Assembly: GCA_013403045.1 (NCBI GenBank)
Contig: GCA_013403045.1_3037.1
Reading direction: 5' to 3' (one strand)
DNA: 64,000 nt
DNA from: Escherichia coli O157:H7
GTDB taxonomy: Bacteria; Pseudomonadota; Gammaproteobacteria; Enterobacterales; Enterobacteriaceae
Below the pieces are notes generated by a model that was not told where the DNA came from, ran no database searches, and worked only from the letters and a program-made list of their open reading frames with translations. Numbering within the stretch: position 1 is the stretch's first letter; each line of letters begins with the position of its first letter. This document shows, in pieces, positions 51,555 through 61,151 of this stretch. A program made the position numbers and the translations under genes.

Positions 51555-51935
51555 ATGTATAAAGTATATGCAGATTATCAGGCTAATCCATCTGAAAAGC
51601 CAGATTGCCAAATTGGATGGGCTCATGATACCTTGCTTGAAGCAGTAGATGCTGCTCAAAAATTAGGATATAGTTATGTAGATATTGTTCAACCTGGTGG
51701 AACAGTTATTACTCTTGAAGAGTTCAATAACATTAAACCAAACTTTTTACTTTTTGCAGGTGATAATTATTATCCTCGCGGTGGATATGCTGATTTAATC
51801 GCGAAAGCCGCTACCGAAGATGAACTCCGTGACATTATCAAAGAAAATGAGAACAAACCAATGTATGGTTCTAATCGCTTTGATTGGTGGCAAATTGTAA
51901 ATGCCCACACTCATACTATTGTTGATGAAGGGTAA
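51555..51935 (+). CDS. hypothetical protein
   Basis: ORF; likely start MYKVYADY immediately after the upstream stop. Confidence 0.55.
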   Translation: MYKVYADYQANPSEKPDCQIGWAHDTLLEAVDAAQKLGYSYVDIVQPGGTVITLEEFNNIKPNFLLFAGDNYYPRGGYADLIAKAATEDELRDIIKENENKPMYGSNRFDWWQIVNAHTHTIVDEG

Positions 51936-51937
51936 TA

Positions 51938-52228
51938 ATGATTCTTTATGCTAAAGTATCGTCCATTGAAAATGGATATAAATATGATCAAGAAGCAGCT
52001 AAAGCCTTGATTGATGATTATGGCATTTTAACATGTTTTGAAGTTGAAAAGGTTTACATTGACCGTTCATCTTCTCAGGTTAAATTAGTGAAGGAAGACC
52101 GTAAATTTAATACAGTAAATTTTGATTTCTTTATTGAAACAGAAAAAGGTCCTCTTGAATATGATATTTTCAAGAATCCTTTAAATCTTGAATGTATTAA
52201 ATATACTTATATTAATGCAGCGTGGTGA
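51938..52228 (+). CDS. hypothetical protein
   Basis: 96-aa ORF tightly packed with neighbours. Confidence 0.55.
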   Translation: MILYAKVSSIENGYKYDQEAAKALIDDYGILTCFEVEKVYIDRSSSQVKLVKEDRKFNTVNFDFFIETEKGPLEYDIFKNPLNLECIKYTYINAAW

Positions 52229-52230
52229 AA

Positions 52231-52746
52231 ATGAATATTTGTTTAGGTACTACAATTCCGCAGGGTTACGTAATTGATGTCACTACCTGGGAAAATGATG
52301 GTGACAACTATAAAACTAAAACACTGTTTGGCGTAGAAGAGCATGAAATCTTACAGTTCCAATATCTTTTAAAGAAGTTTAAAAGCAGACATTCTAGTAC
52401 TAAAGCTGAACGTTATTGTGGTAATGGCTTGTTCAGCGAGCAATCGCTTTTTATTTATGAATACTTGGTTGAAGGACTGTTCTCAGAACAACTTTATCCA
52501 GAATTCATTAAAAAGGTCTTTGATATAGAAGTTGACCTTGGTAATAAATCCGAAGAAGATGAAGAACGTGTATTTGACTTATTCTTTGTGAATGGTAATA
52601 AGATATTTGAAGGCCTTATTGATATTCTTGGTCATGCTTCTGAATATTATGACTATGATTTCTTGCGTGTAGTTGAGAGTGTTAAATACTCTTATATAGA
52701 AGAAGAAATTGTTTTGCCGACCGTTAAAATGTTTAATTTGCTTTAA
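52231..52746 (+). CDS. hypothetical protein
   Basis: ORF; ATG at 52231 after the GTG listed by the track. Confidence 0.55.
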   Translation: MNICLGTTIPQGYVIDVTTWENDGDNYKTKTLFGVEEHEILQFQYLLKKFKSRHSSTKAERYCGNGLFSEQSLFIYEYLVEGLFSEQLYPEFIKKVFDIEVDLGNKSEEDEERVFDLFFVNGNKIFEGLIDILGHASEYYDYDFLRVVESVKYSYIEEEIVLPTVKMFNLL

Positions 52747-52843
52747 GAATTATTTGTTATTATTAACTCATACCGCACTGATTAATACCCTCTATCATCA
52801 GAGAAAGTCCAATAGGCAGAACAGGAGATTGGATTCTTTTAAT

Positions 52844-52984
52844 TATGCTTGTTAATATTTTGACAGCAGCAATATTATCTGGGATATGGTGCGCGTTCAT
52901 TGAAATGCCATGGCGGTTACGCAGACAGCAAAAGATTTTTGATGAAAAGAAATATACTCAAAATTTAAATAACTTTATCACTGA

Positions 52985-53002
<18 letters not shown>
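52844..53002 (+). CDS. possible small membrane peptide (52 aa)
   Basis: Short ORF with a hydrophobic N-terminus, overlapping the nudE start; weak ribosome-binding site. Confidence 0.25.
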
Positions 53003-53972
<970 letters not shown>

Positions 53973-53977
53973 AGTTA

Positions 53978-54006
53978 TTTACTTTCTCCTAGAATTGTGA
54001 TAGTAT
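53978..54006 (+). promoter_or_regulatory. early promoter (TTTACT, 17-nt spacer, TAGTAT) upstream of internal-protein gene
   Basis: Motif read from sequence. Confidence 0.5.
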
Positions 54007-54066
54007 ATTCACAGTTACTTGAAGAGATAAATTATTAATTAAAATATTTACATTTAAAGGATACAC

Positions 54067-54540
54067 ATGAAAACATATCAAGAATTTATTACTGAAGCAG
54101 CTATTAATTCTCAAATTATTGCTGAATCTTTTACTGATCTTTTGAAATTTAAAAAAGGTCAAAAAATCACTGCTGTATTGGATGATGGTACAGAAGTTGA
54201 GATGGATGTACAGGGATATAATTATGCAGTAGATGGAAAACTGTATAATAAATCTCATGCTAAATTTGATTCATTTGACGACTTTGTTAATACAGTTGAA
54301 GATGAAAAAACTCGTAGATCCATTGCAACTGGCGACGCTAAGGTTCTTATGGCACATGGCCATGAACGCATCCGCGCTAAACAGAATAAAATGGGCGAAG
54401 ATAATTTTGCATTAGTTGGTTATCAATCTGGTAAACAAACTTATGGCTATCAGCGTACTGCTACCATGTATAACAAAAATGGTAAAATTGCCTTTGTGAA
54501 TAGTAAAGGTTCTATTCAGTACGTTAAATCGTTCAAATAA
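54067..54540 (+). CDS. internal protein (IPII/IPIII-like), capsid-targeted
   Basis: N-terminus MKTYQEFITEAAINSQIIAE has capsid-targeting sequence features and I-x-E sites; early promoter upstream. Confidence 0.7.
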   Translation: MKTYQEFITEAAINSQIIAESFTDLLKFKKGQKITAVLDDGTEVEMDVQGYNYAVDGKLYNKSHAKFDSFDDFVNTVEDEKTRRSIATGDAKVLMAHGHERIRAKQNKMGEDNFALVGYQSGKQTYGYQRTATMYNKNGKIAFVNSKGSIQYVKSFK

Positions 54541-54645
54541 GCAAATAAGAAATATGGGAACAAGCTGGACCTCATGATTCTGTGAGGGATTCCCGCCAAC
54601 CTGTAATAAGGTCGAGCCCAAGTGCGGTAATGGGTAAATACAGAA

Positions 54646-55233
54646 ATGGACAATTCATGCGCCATGGAATGGCCCAAATTTAGAGAGAATAAAATGAGAA
54701 CATTTTTAACTGGTCCTTATCTATCCCTGATGAATGCTTTTACACACCATTCTGATGCTAGAGTAGAAGAAATTTGTAAAAACGATTATATCCCACCATT
54801 TGAAGAATTACTTAAACAGTATTGCACACTTCGACTAGATGGTGGACGTCAATCCGGTAAATCAATTGCTGTGACTAACTTTGCTGCTAATTGGTTGTAT
54901 GATGGCGGAACAGTTATCGTTCTTTCTAATACTTCAGCTTACGCTAAAATTTCTGCAAATAACATTAAAAAGGAATTTTCGCGTTATTCTAATGATGATA
55001 TACGTTTTCGTTTATTTACTGATTCTGTGCGCAGTTTTATTGGTAATAAAGGAAGCAAGTTCAGAGGTTTATCGCTTTCGCGAATTTTGTATATAATTGA
55101 TGAGCCTGTCAAATCTCCTGATATGGATAAGATTTATAGTGTCCATATTGAGACTGTACACTACTGCTGTAATAGTAAATGTTGTATTGGTGGTATTACT
55201 CGTCCACAGTTTTTCGTAATCGGAATGCAATGA
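54646..55233 (+). CDS. small P-loop NTPase, unknown function
   Basis: Walker A GGRQSGKS and Walker B ILYIIDEP; C-terminal Cys cluster HYCCNSKCC. Start may be the internal Met at about 54694. Confidence 0.55.
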   Translation: MDNSCAMEWPKFRENKMRTFLTGPYLSLMNAFTHHSDARVEEICKNDYIPPFEELLKQYCTLRLDGGRQSGKSIAVTNFAANWLYDGGTVIVLSNTSAYAKISANNIKKEFSRYSNDDIRFRLFTDSVRSFIGNKGSKFRGLSLSRILYIIDEPVKSPDMDKIYSVHIETVHYCCNSKCCIGGITRPQFFVIGMQ

Positions 55234-55559
55234 TGACAGACACTCAGCTTTTCGAATATCTTTATTTTTCGCCAAAAACTATTAAAAATAAATTGGTGAA
55301 TCATTTTGAAATTTTGGCAAATAACAACGTCTTGAGCGAATTTTATCCTAAGCAATACAAATTACAAAAAGGCGTATTCAAAGGATGCAGAGTTTTGTGT
55401 ACTGCTCCTAATGCACGGCTAATGAATAAAATTCCATATTTTACCATGGAATTTATTGATGGTCCTTTTAAAGGACTAATCACACAGAGTTTAATGGCAT
55501 ATGATTCTGAGCCATTTTTAATTAAAGAACAATCTTGGATAAATTTATTTTCTAATTGA
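55230..55559 (+). CDS. hypothetical protein
   Basis: ATG overlaps the upstream stop (ATGA), suggesting translational coupling. Confidence 0.5.
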   Translation: MMTDTQLFEYLYFSPKTIKNKLVNHFEILANNNVLSEFYPKQYKLQKGVFKGCRVLCTAPNARLMNKIPYFTMEFIDGPFKGLITQSLMAYDSEPFLIKEQSWINLFSN

Positions 55560-55566
55560 GGTTTAT

Positions 55567-55929
55567 ATGAAAGCATATCAAATTCTTGAAGGCACACATA
55601 AAGGTACTATTTATTTTGAAGATGGTATTCAAGCACGAATTATTGTCTCTAAAACCTTTAAAGAGGACTCTTTTGTAGACCCAGAAATTTTCTATGGTTT
55701 GCATGCCCGTGAAATTGAAATTGAGCAACAGCCTACAGTTAAAATTGAAGGTGGTCAACACCTGAACGTTAACGTTCTGCGTCGCGAAACTCTGGAAGAT
55801 GCAGTTAAGCATCCGGAAAAATATCCGCAGCTGACCATCCGTGTATCCGGTTATGCAGTTCGCTTTAACTCTCTGACTCCGGAACAGCAGCGCGACGTTA
55901 TCGCTCGTACCTTTACTGAGAGTTTGTAA
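55567..55929 (+). CDS. autonomous glycyl radical cofactor (GrcA/YfiD-like; T4 Y06I-like)
   Basis: C-terminal 60 aa ([60 protein letters not shown]) matches E. coli GrcA from memory, including the radical Gly in RVSGYAVRF. Confidence 0.85.
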   Translation: MKAYQILEGTHKGTIYFEDGIQARIIVSKTFKEDSFVDPEIFYGLHAREIEIEQQPTVKIEGGQHLNVNVLRRETLEDAVKHPEKYPQLTIRVSGYAVRFNSLTPEQQRDVIARTFTESL

Positions 55930-56150
55930 TGGCAAAGATAATTATTGAAGGTTCTAAAGATGTGCTAAATGCTTTCGCCGAGTGGTTTAGTAATTCAGGC
56001 GAACAGCAATTTAATGAAGCCTGGAATATGGGTGATATTGATGGAATTTATCCTACGACAGAAATTTCTGTTCAAGGATATGGCATTCATGAACCTATTC
56101 GTTTAGTTGAATATGATTTATGTACTGGTGAGGAAGTCAAATATGATTGA
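55929..56150 (+). CDS. hypothetical protein
   Basis: 73-aa ORF, start overlapping the upstream stop. Confidence 0.5.
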   Translation: MAKIIIEGSKDVLNAFAEWFSNSGEQQFNEAWNMGDIDGIYPTTEISVQGYGIHEPIRLVEYDLCTGEEVKYD

Positions 56151-56409
56151 AGACATTAAAGGTTATAAGCCGCATACTGAAGAGAAAATCGGTAAAGTGA
56201 ATGCTATTAAAGACGCTGAAGTTCGTTTAGGACTTATCTTTGACGCTTTATACGATGAATTCTGGGAAGCACTAGATAATTGTGAAGATGATGAACTCGC
56301 GAAGAATTATGCTGAAAGCCTCGATCAGTTAACTATTGCTAAAACGAAACTCAAAGAAGCCAGTATGTGGGCTTGTCGTGCAGTGTTCCAACCAGAGGAA
56401 AAATACTAA
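56143..56409 (+). CDS. hypothetical protein
   Basis: ORF; internal ATG at 56143 overlaps the upstream stop. Confidence 0.5.
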   Translation: MIEDIKGYKPHTEEKIGKVNAIKDAEVRLGLIFDALYDEFWEALDNCEDDELAKNYAESLDQLTIAKTKLKEASMWACRAVFQPEEKY

Positions 56410-56687
56410 TGGCTCAATTAAGTGCAGGGTTTGGTTATGAGTATTATACTGCACCTCGTCGTGTATCTGCCGCTCCTAAGAAAATTCAAAGTCTTGATGA
56501 CTTCCAGGAAGTAGTCCGTAAAGCTTTTCAGGACTATGCACGTTATCTTAAAGAAGATTCACAGGACTGTCTCGAAGAAGATGAAATTGCTTACTATGAG
56601 CAGCGTCTTGAACAGCTTAAAAACTTACATGAGGTTCGTGCAGAAGTTTCAAAGTCTATGAATAAATTGATTAGATTTAAAGAATAA
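56409..56687 (+). CDS. hypothetical protein
   Basis: ORF; TAATG start/stop overlap. Confidence 0.5.
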   Translation: MAQLSAGFGYEYYTAPRRVSAAPKKIQSLDDFQEVVRKAFQDYARYLKEDSQDCLEEDEIAYYEQRLEQLKNLHEVRAEVSKSMNKLIRFKE

Positions 56688-56689
56688 CT

Positions 56690-56719
56690 GTTTACTTTTC
56701 CTCTTGACTGTGGTATAAT
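56690..56719 (+). promoter_or_regulatory. early promoter (GTTTACT, 17-nt spacer, TATAAT) upstream of regB
   Basis: Motif read from sequence, about 30 nt before the regB ATG. Confidence 0.6.
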
Positions 56720-56746
56720 TTTTCTATCAGTTAAGAGGAGAATAAC

Positions 56747-57208
56747 ATGACTATCAATACAGAAGTTTTTATCCGTCGAAATAAGCTTCGTCGTCACTTT
56801 GAGTCGGAGTTTCGTCAAATTAACAATGAGATTCGTGAGGCATCAAAAGCAGCAGGAGTCTCATCGTTTCATCTAAAATATTCTCAACATCTTCTTGATC
56901 GTGCAATTCAACGGGAGATTGATGAGACATATGTTTTTGAATTATTCCATAAAATAAAAGACCATGTTTTAGAAGTTAATGAATTCCTGAGTATGCCTCC
57001 GCGTCCTGACATTGACGAGGATTTTATTGATGGGGTTGAATATCGTCCTGGACGTTTAGAAATCACAGATGGAAATCTTTGGCTTGGATTTACAGTTTGT
57101 AAGCCTAATGAGAAGTTTAAAAACCCGTCACTTCAATGCAGGATGGCAATTATCAACAGTCGTCGTTTACCAGGAAAGGCTTCTAAAGCAGTAATTAAAA
57201 CTCAATGA
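56747..57208 (+). CDS. regB: RegB site-specific endoribonuclease
   Basis: 153 aa, MTINTEVFIRRNKLRRHFESEF matches T4 RegB from memory; early promoter upstream. Confidence 0.9.
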   Translation: MTINTEVFIRRNKLRRHFESEFRQINNEIREASKAAGVSSFHLKYSQHLLDRAIQREIDETYVFELFHKIKDHVLEVNEFLSMPPRPDIDEDFIDGVEYRPGRLEITDGNLWLGFTVCKPNEKFKNPSLQCRMAIINSRRLPGKASKAVIKTQ

Positions 57209-57215
57209 GGTAAGC

Positions 57216-57761
57216 ATGAGAAAAGCACTACTCGCTGGTCTATTGGCCATTTCAATGATGGCACATAGCTCCGAGCATACTTTCAGTAATGTCCAACTCG
57301 ATAACATGCGTTACGCGTATCAATTCGGGGAACAATTTTCTAAGGATGGAAAATATAAAACACACAAAAATATCCACAAGAGCGGATTAGGTCATATAAT
57401 GGCTGCTATTTTATGGCAAGAAAGCTCTGGCGGAGTTAATTTAAAATCTAAACCAAAGCATCACGCCTACGGAATGTTCCAAAATTATTTGCCTACTATG
57501 CGAGCAAGAGTTAAGGAACTTGGTTATAATATGACCGATGCTGAAATAAAAAGAATGTTGAATAAACGATCCAATTCAGCTTCCTGGGCGTACATTGAAC
57601 TTTCTTATTGGTTAAATATACATAAGGGCGATATAAGAAAAGCAATATCCTCTTATAATTCGGGATGGAATGTTAAAGCAGGTTCTAAATATGCTTCTGA
57701 AGTCCTAGAAAAGGCTAATTACCTTAAAAATAATAAACTTTTGGAAATAGTAAATGACTAA
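57216..57761 (+). CDS. secreted lytic transglycosylase-like protein (SLT domain)
   Basis: N-terminal signal peptide MRKALLAGLLAISMMAHS; ILWQESSGG ... YGMFQ resembles the SLT catalytic region. Confidence 0.6.
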   Translation: MRKALLAGLLAISMMAHSSEHTFSNVQLDNMRYAYQFGEQFSKDGKYKTHKNIHKSGLGHIMAAILWQESSGGVNLKSKPKHHAYGMFQNYLPTMRARVKELGYNMTDAEIKRMLNKRSNSASWAYIELSYWLNIHKGDIRKAISSYNSGWNVKAGSKYASEVLEKANYLKNNKLLEIVND

Positions 57762-58101
57762 AATTTTGGTTTTATGTATAGGATTAATTTCATTTTCTGC
57801 TTCTGCGTCAGCAGATACATCATATACTGAAATTAGAGAATATGTAAACCGCACTGCGGCAGATTATTGTGGGAAAAATAAAGCATGCCAAGCTGAATTT
57901 GCACAGAAATTAATATATGCATATAAAGACGGAGAAAGAGATAAATCAAGTAGATACAAAAACGATACATTATTAAAACGATATGCTAAAAAGTGGAATA
58001 CCTTAGAATGTTCAGTTGCGGAGGAGAAAGATAAAGCCGCTTGTCATTCAATGGTTGACCGTTTGGTAGATTCTTATAATCGAGGATTGAGTACTAGATG
58101 A
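57754..58101 (+). CDS. small secreted Cys-containing protein
   Basis: Signal peptide MTKILVLCIGLISFSASASA; four Cys residues. Confidence 0.5.
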   Translation: MTKILVLCIGLISFSASASADTSYTEIREYVNRTAADYCGKNKACQAEFAQKLIYAYKDGERDKSSRYKNDTLLKRYAKKWNTLECSVAEEKDKAACHSMVDRLVDSYNRGLSTR

Positions 58102-58565
58102 TTGTAAAATATATCAAGGGCGATATTGTCGCCCTTTTCGCTGAAGGTAAAAATATTGCGCATGGATGTAATTGTTTTCACACGATGAAAGCTGGAGTCG
58201 CAGGTCAATTAACTAAAGCTTTCCCTAAAATTTTGGAAGCTGATAAATTACAGACTGAATGGGGTGATGTAACTAAACTTGGTTCTTATTCAGTCTATGA
58301 AAAATACTTTAGGACTCATAAAGCTTACTGCTTTAATCTTTATACTCAATTTCAACCAGGGCCAAATTTTGAGTATTCCGCTTTAATGAATTGTATGTTA
58401 GAATTAAATGAGTTTGGTAAAAATAAACTGATTAAACCTACAATCTATATGCCTAGGATTGGTGCAGGCATAGGTAAAGGGAACTGGGATATTATTGAGG
58501 GGATTTTAGATACATATTCTTCTAAATTAGAAATTGTGATTGTTGATTGGGAACCGTTATTATGA
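58098..58565 (+). CDS. macro-domain protein (putative ADP-ribose binding / hydrolase)
   Basis: IVKYIKGDI ... NIAHGCNCFHTMKAGVAGQL and IYMPRIGAGIGKGNW resemble macro-domain motifs (GDIT ... VNAAN ... GGGV ... FPxISTGxYG). Confidence 0.55.
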   Translation: MIVKYIKGDIVALFAEGKNIAHGCNCFHTMKAGVAGQLTKAFPKILEADKLQTEWGDVTKLGSYSVYEKYFRTHKAYCFNLYTQFQPGPNFEYSALMNCMLELNEFGKNKLIKPTIYMPRIGAGIGKGNWDIIEGILDTYSSKLEIVIVDWEPLL

Positions 58566-58774
58566 ATATACATTATCCACATCCATATGACCCAAAGAAT
58601 AAGGCAGTAATTATTCGTCAATGGGAACGCATTTGTCGTACTAAATGTCCAATTAATAGTCCACATGATGTAGATAAAGACTACATTGGAACATTCGTTG
58701 AATATACCTTTATTGATAAGAAAGGTCGTAAACAGCATGTAGAAGAATACTGCTTAAAGGTTACATGGTTATGA
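58562..58774 (+). CDS. hypothetical protein
   Basis: ORF; likely start MNIHYPHPYD. Confidence 0.5.
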   Translation: MNIHYPHPYDPKNKAVIIRQWERICRTKCPINSPHDVDKDYIGTFVEYTFIDKKGRKQHVEEYCLKVTWL

Positions 58775-58977
58775 GCCAAACTAGTATTCTTAAAAATGCC
58801 CACTGTGAAAAGTGTAAATGGCCGGTTGTTTTTGCTTTATGCAACGATGAAATGGCTTGTGATTTCGATTATTGGTGCTATTGTTCTAATAAAGGATGCA
58901 TCAATCATAAAGGTGAAGGATTTTATTCGGGATTTTATCCTTATCCTGATTTCGTTAAAGAAGGTAAACCAAAATGA
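58765..58977 (+). CDS. small Cys-rich (putative zinc-binding) protein
   Basis: About 10 Cys in 70 aa (CEKCKW ... C ... C ... CYC ... C). Confidence 0.5.
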   Translation: MVMSQTSILKNAHCEKCKWPVVFALCNDEMACDFDYWCYCSNKGCINHKGEGFYSGFYPYPDFVKEGKPK

Positions 58978-59150
58978 ATGATGATTTAAAATATCAATTA
59001 TTACGTGAACTTGATGTTTTGATTGAACTTTCTGCGCAAAAAGGATTTATAATTGGATCAGGTCAAAAAGACCCCAACGGTCATTCAATCGTAGCGGTTA
59101 TGAATCAGAAACGAGTCATTTTAAAACTTTTGGGGATTGACATACTGTGA
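58974..59150 (+). CDS. small hypothetical protein (58 aa)
   Basis: ATG overlaps the upstream stop; found by reading the sequence, not in the ORF track. Confidence 0.4.
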   Translation: MNDDLKYQLLRELDVLIELSAQKGFIIGSGQKDPNGHSIVAVMNQKRVILKLLGIDIL

Positions 59151-59332
59151 GTCTAAGCAAAGAACAAAAAGATAAATTGTTTGAGCTTATCCATGAACTT
59201 CTAGATGAGCATATAGAAGCAAACACCTTTTATGATGAATACGGCCCGCTATCTCCCGAACAGCAGGAAGAATTTGCTGATCGGTTTGATAAGAAAGAAA
59301 ATGAATTAATAGCTTATGTGAATACGCTTTAA
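59147..59332 (+). CDS. small acidic hypothetical protein
   Basis: ORF with GTG start overlapping the upstream stop. Confidence 0.4.
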   Translation: MSLSKEQKDKLFELIHELLDEHIEANTFYDEYGPLSPEQQEEFADRFDKKENELIAYVNTL

Positions 59333-59341
59333 GAAGGTGAT

Positions 59342-59923
59342 ATGGCGAGTTTAATTTTTACTTATGCAGCAATGAATGCTGGAAAATCTGCTTCTCTTTT
59401 GACTGCTGCACATAATTATAAAGAACGTGGAATGAGTGTATTAGTTCTTAAGCCTGCTATTGATACTCGCGATTCTGTCTGTGAAGTTGTTTCTCGCATT
59501 GGAATTAAACAGGAAGCGAATATTATTACAGATGATATGGATATTTTCGAGTTCTATAAATGGGCTGAAGCACAAAAAGATATTCATTGCGTATTTGTAG
59601 ATGAAGCTCAGTTTTTAAAAACTGAACAGGTGCATCAATTAAGTCGAATTGTTGATACATATAATGTTCCTGTTATGGCTTATGGATTAAGGACTGATTT
59701 CGCTGGAAAATTGTTTGAAGGTTCTAAAGAACTTTTAGCGATTGCAGATAAACTTATTGAACTAAAGGCAGTTTGTCATTGTGGTAAAAAAGCGATTATG
59801 ACAGCTCGATTAATGGAAGATGGAACACCAGTTAAAGAAGGTAATCAAATCTGTATTGGTGATGAAATTTATGTTTCTTTGTGTAGAAAACATTGGAATG
59901 AATTAACTAAAAAGCTCGGTTAG
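59342..59923 (+). CDS. tk: thymidine kinase
   Basis: 193 aa; P-loop AAMNAGKSASLL; Cys cluster CHCGKKA. Confidence 0.95.
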   Translation: MASLIFTYAAMNAGKSASLLTAAHNYKERGMSVLVLKPAIDTRDSVCEVVSRIGIKQEANIITDDMDIFEFYKWAEAQKDIHCVFVDEAQFLKTEQVHQLSRIVDTYNVPVMAYGLRTDFAGKLFEGSKELLAIADKLIELKAVCHCGKKAIMTARLMEDGTPVKEGNQICIGDEIYVSLCRKHWNELTKKLG

Positions 59924-59965
59924 TGCAAAAGTTATAAATAGGTTTATCTAACTAAAGGGGTATAT

Positions 59966-60178
59966 ATGCTACAATTAACTGAAAAGCAACTTCGCAATCT
60001 TACTGTTCTTCAATTAGATGAAATTCGTAGGGAAGTTGGAAATATCATTTCAGCTTTGCGTCGAGAAGTATCACTCAACCAATCTCCGGCAGACTATACT
60101 AGATTGCGAAATTTTGAAAAATACCTTGATAAAGTTAAGGCCGTGCATCGGCATAAAGTAAATACAGGACAAAAATGA
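59966..60178 (+). CDS. hypothetical protein
   Basis: 70-aa ORF between tk and rI. Confidence 0.5.
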
Positions 60179-60190
60179 TAGGAGGCCTTT

Positions 60191-60484
60191 ATGGCCTTAA
60201 AAGCAACGGCACTTTTTGCCATGCTAGGATTGTCATTTGTTTTATCTCCATCGATTGAAGCGAATGTCGATCCTCATTTTGATAAATTTATGGAATCTGG
60301 TATTAGGCACGTTTATATGCTTTTTGAAAATAAAAGCGTAGAATCGTCTGAACAATTCTATAGTTTTATGAGAACGACCTATAAAAATGACCCGTGCTCT
60401 TCTGATTTTGAATGTATAGAACGAGGCGCGGAGATGGCACAATCATACGCTAGAATTATGAACATTAAATTGGAGACTGAATGA
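60191..60484 (+). CDS. rI: lysis inhibition regulator RI
   Basis: 97 aa with N-terminal signal-anchor MALKATALFAMLGLSFVLSPSIEA; length and position match T4 RI. Confidence 0.85.
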   Translation: MALKATALFAMLGLSFVLSPSIEANVDPHFDKFMESGIRHVYMLFENKSVESSEQFYSFMRTTYKNDPCSSDFECIERGAEMAQSYARIMNIKLETE

Positions 60485-60867
60485 AATTCAGCGACTTTTC
60501 ACAAAGTGGAAAACCTTCAAAGGCAGATGAATACTTAGGTTTATTAATGGCTGCACAAGCTTATTTTCATTCTGCACATTTTGAAACTAAAAGTTATGCT
60601 AGACACAAAGCATACGATTTTATTTTCTCCGAGTTGCCAGATTTGATTGATAAATTTGGTGAGCAATATTTGGGGTATTCTGGTAGAAAATACACGCCTT
60701 CAATTCCAGATGCCAGTAAACTTCCTACCGACACAATTAAAATGATTGATCGCATACTAGACCAATCTAACAGCATTTATAAAGAAATGCCTCCAGCCAT
60801 TCAAAGCACGATAGATGATATTACTGGGATGTTTTACCAGAGTAAGTATCTTCTTTCCCTCGAATAA
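60481..60867 (+). CDS. hypothetical protein (rI.-1-like)
   Basis: 128-aa ORF, ATGA-coupled to rI; terminator downstream. Confidence 0.6.
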   Translation: MKFSDFSQSGKPSKADEYLGLLMAAQAYFHSAHFETKSYARHKAYDFIFSELPDLIDKFGEQYLGYSGRKYTPSIPDASKLPTDTIKMIDRILDQSNSIYKEMPPAIQSTIDDITGMFYQSKYLLSLE

Positions 60868-60871
60868 CATT

Positions 60872-60896
60872 AGTCTCCTTCGGGAGACTTTTTTCA
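60872..60896 (+). terminator. rho-independent terminator after rI.-1 (UUCG tetraloop)
   Basis: AGTCTCC-TTCG-GGAGACT followed by TTTTTTCATTTT. Confidence 0.7.
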
Positions 60897-60904
60897 TTTT
60901 ACCG

Positions 60905-60934
60905 GTTTACTTTCCGTTTGAGCTGTGGTACTAT
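60905..60934 (+). promoter_or_regulatory. early promoter (GTTTACT, 17-nt spacer, TACTAT)
   Basis: Motif read from sequence upstream of ORF 60963. Confidence 0.5.
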
Positions 60935-60962
60935 ACAACTATCGGATAAAGAGGAGAACATC

Positions 60963-61151
60963 ATGAAAATTGAAGCACTCAATCAAGAAGGAAATATCTA
61001 CGTCATCATTAATGGTGATTTTTTCGTCGACATGGATGAAGTTACTAGTGAAGAACTTGTAGAATTTCTTAAGAAACGTTATAATATGTGTGATGAAGTT
61101 GCAACTCACATGGCGTGTGCAATATTCTCTCTTTCATATGTGGTGGAATAA
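60963..61151 (+). CDS. small hypothetical protein
   Basis: AGAGGAG ribosome-binding site then ATG (MKIEA...); early promoter upstream. Confidence 0.45.
   Translation: MKIEALNQEGNIYVIINGDFFVDMDEVTSEELVEFLKKRYNMCDEVATHMACAIFSLSYVVE

Noticed and set aside
52747-52843. Possible tRNA in the non-coding gap before nudE, where T4 has its tRNA cluster
   Set aside because: No acceptor-stem or T-arm pairing or GTTCGAATCC-like T-loop visible; only a short CTGAT ... ATCAG inverted repeat.
53989-54258. 89-aa minus-strand ORF over the internal-protein promoter and start
   Set aside because: Antisense to a plus-strand gene with a clear promoter and capsid-targeting N-terminus; hydrophobic low-complexity translation.
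55745-55926. GC-rich host-like segment as assembly chimera or host contamination
   Set aside because: It is fused in frame to a phage-style 5' half and flanked by phage genes with coupled start/stop codons, consistent with a genuine phage gene (T4 Y06I-like).
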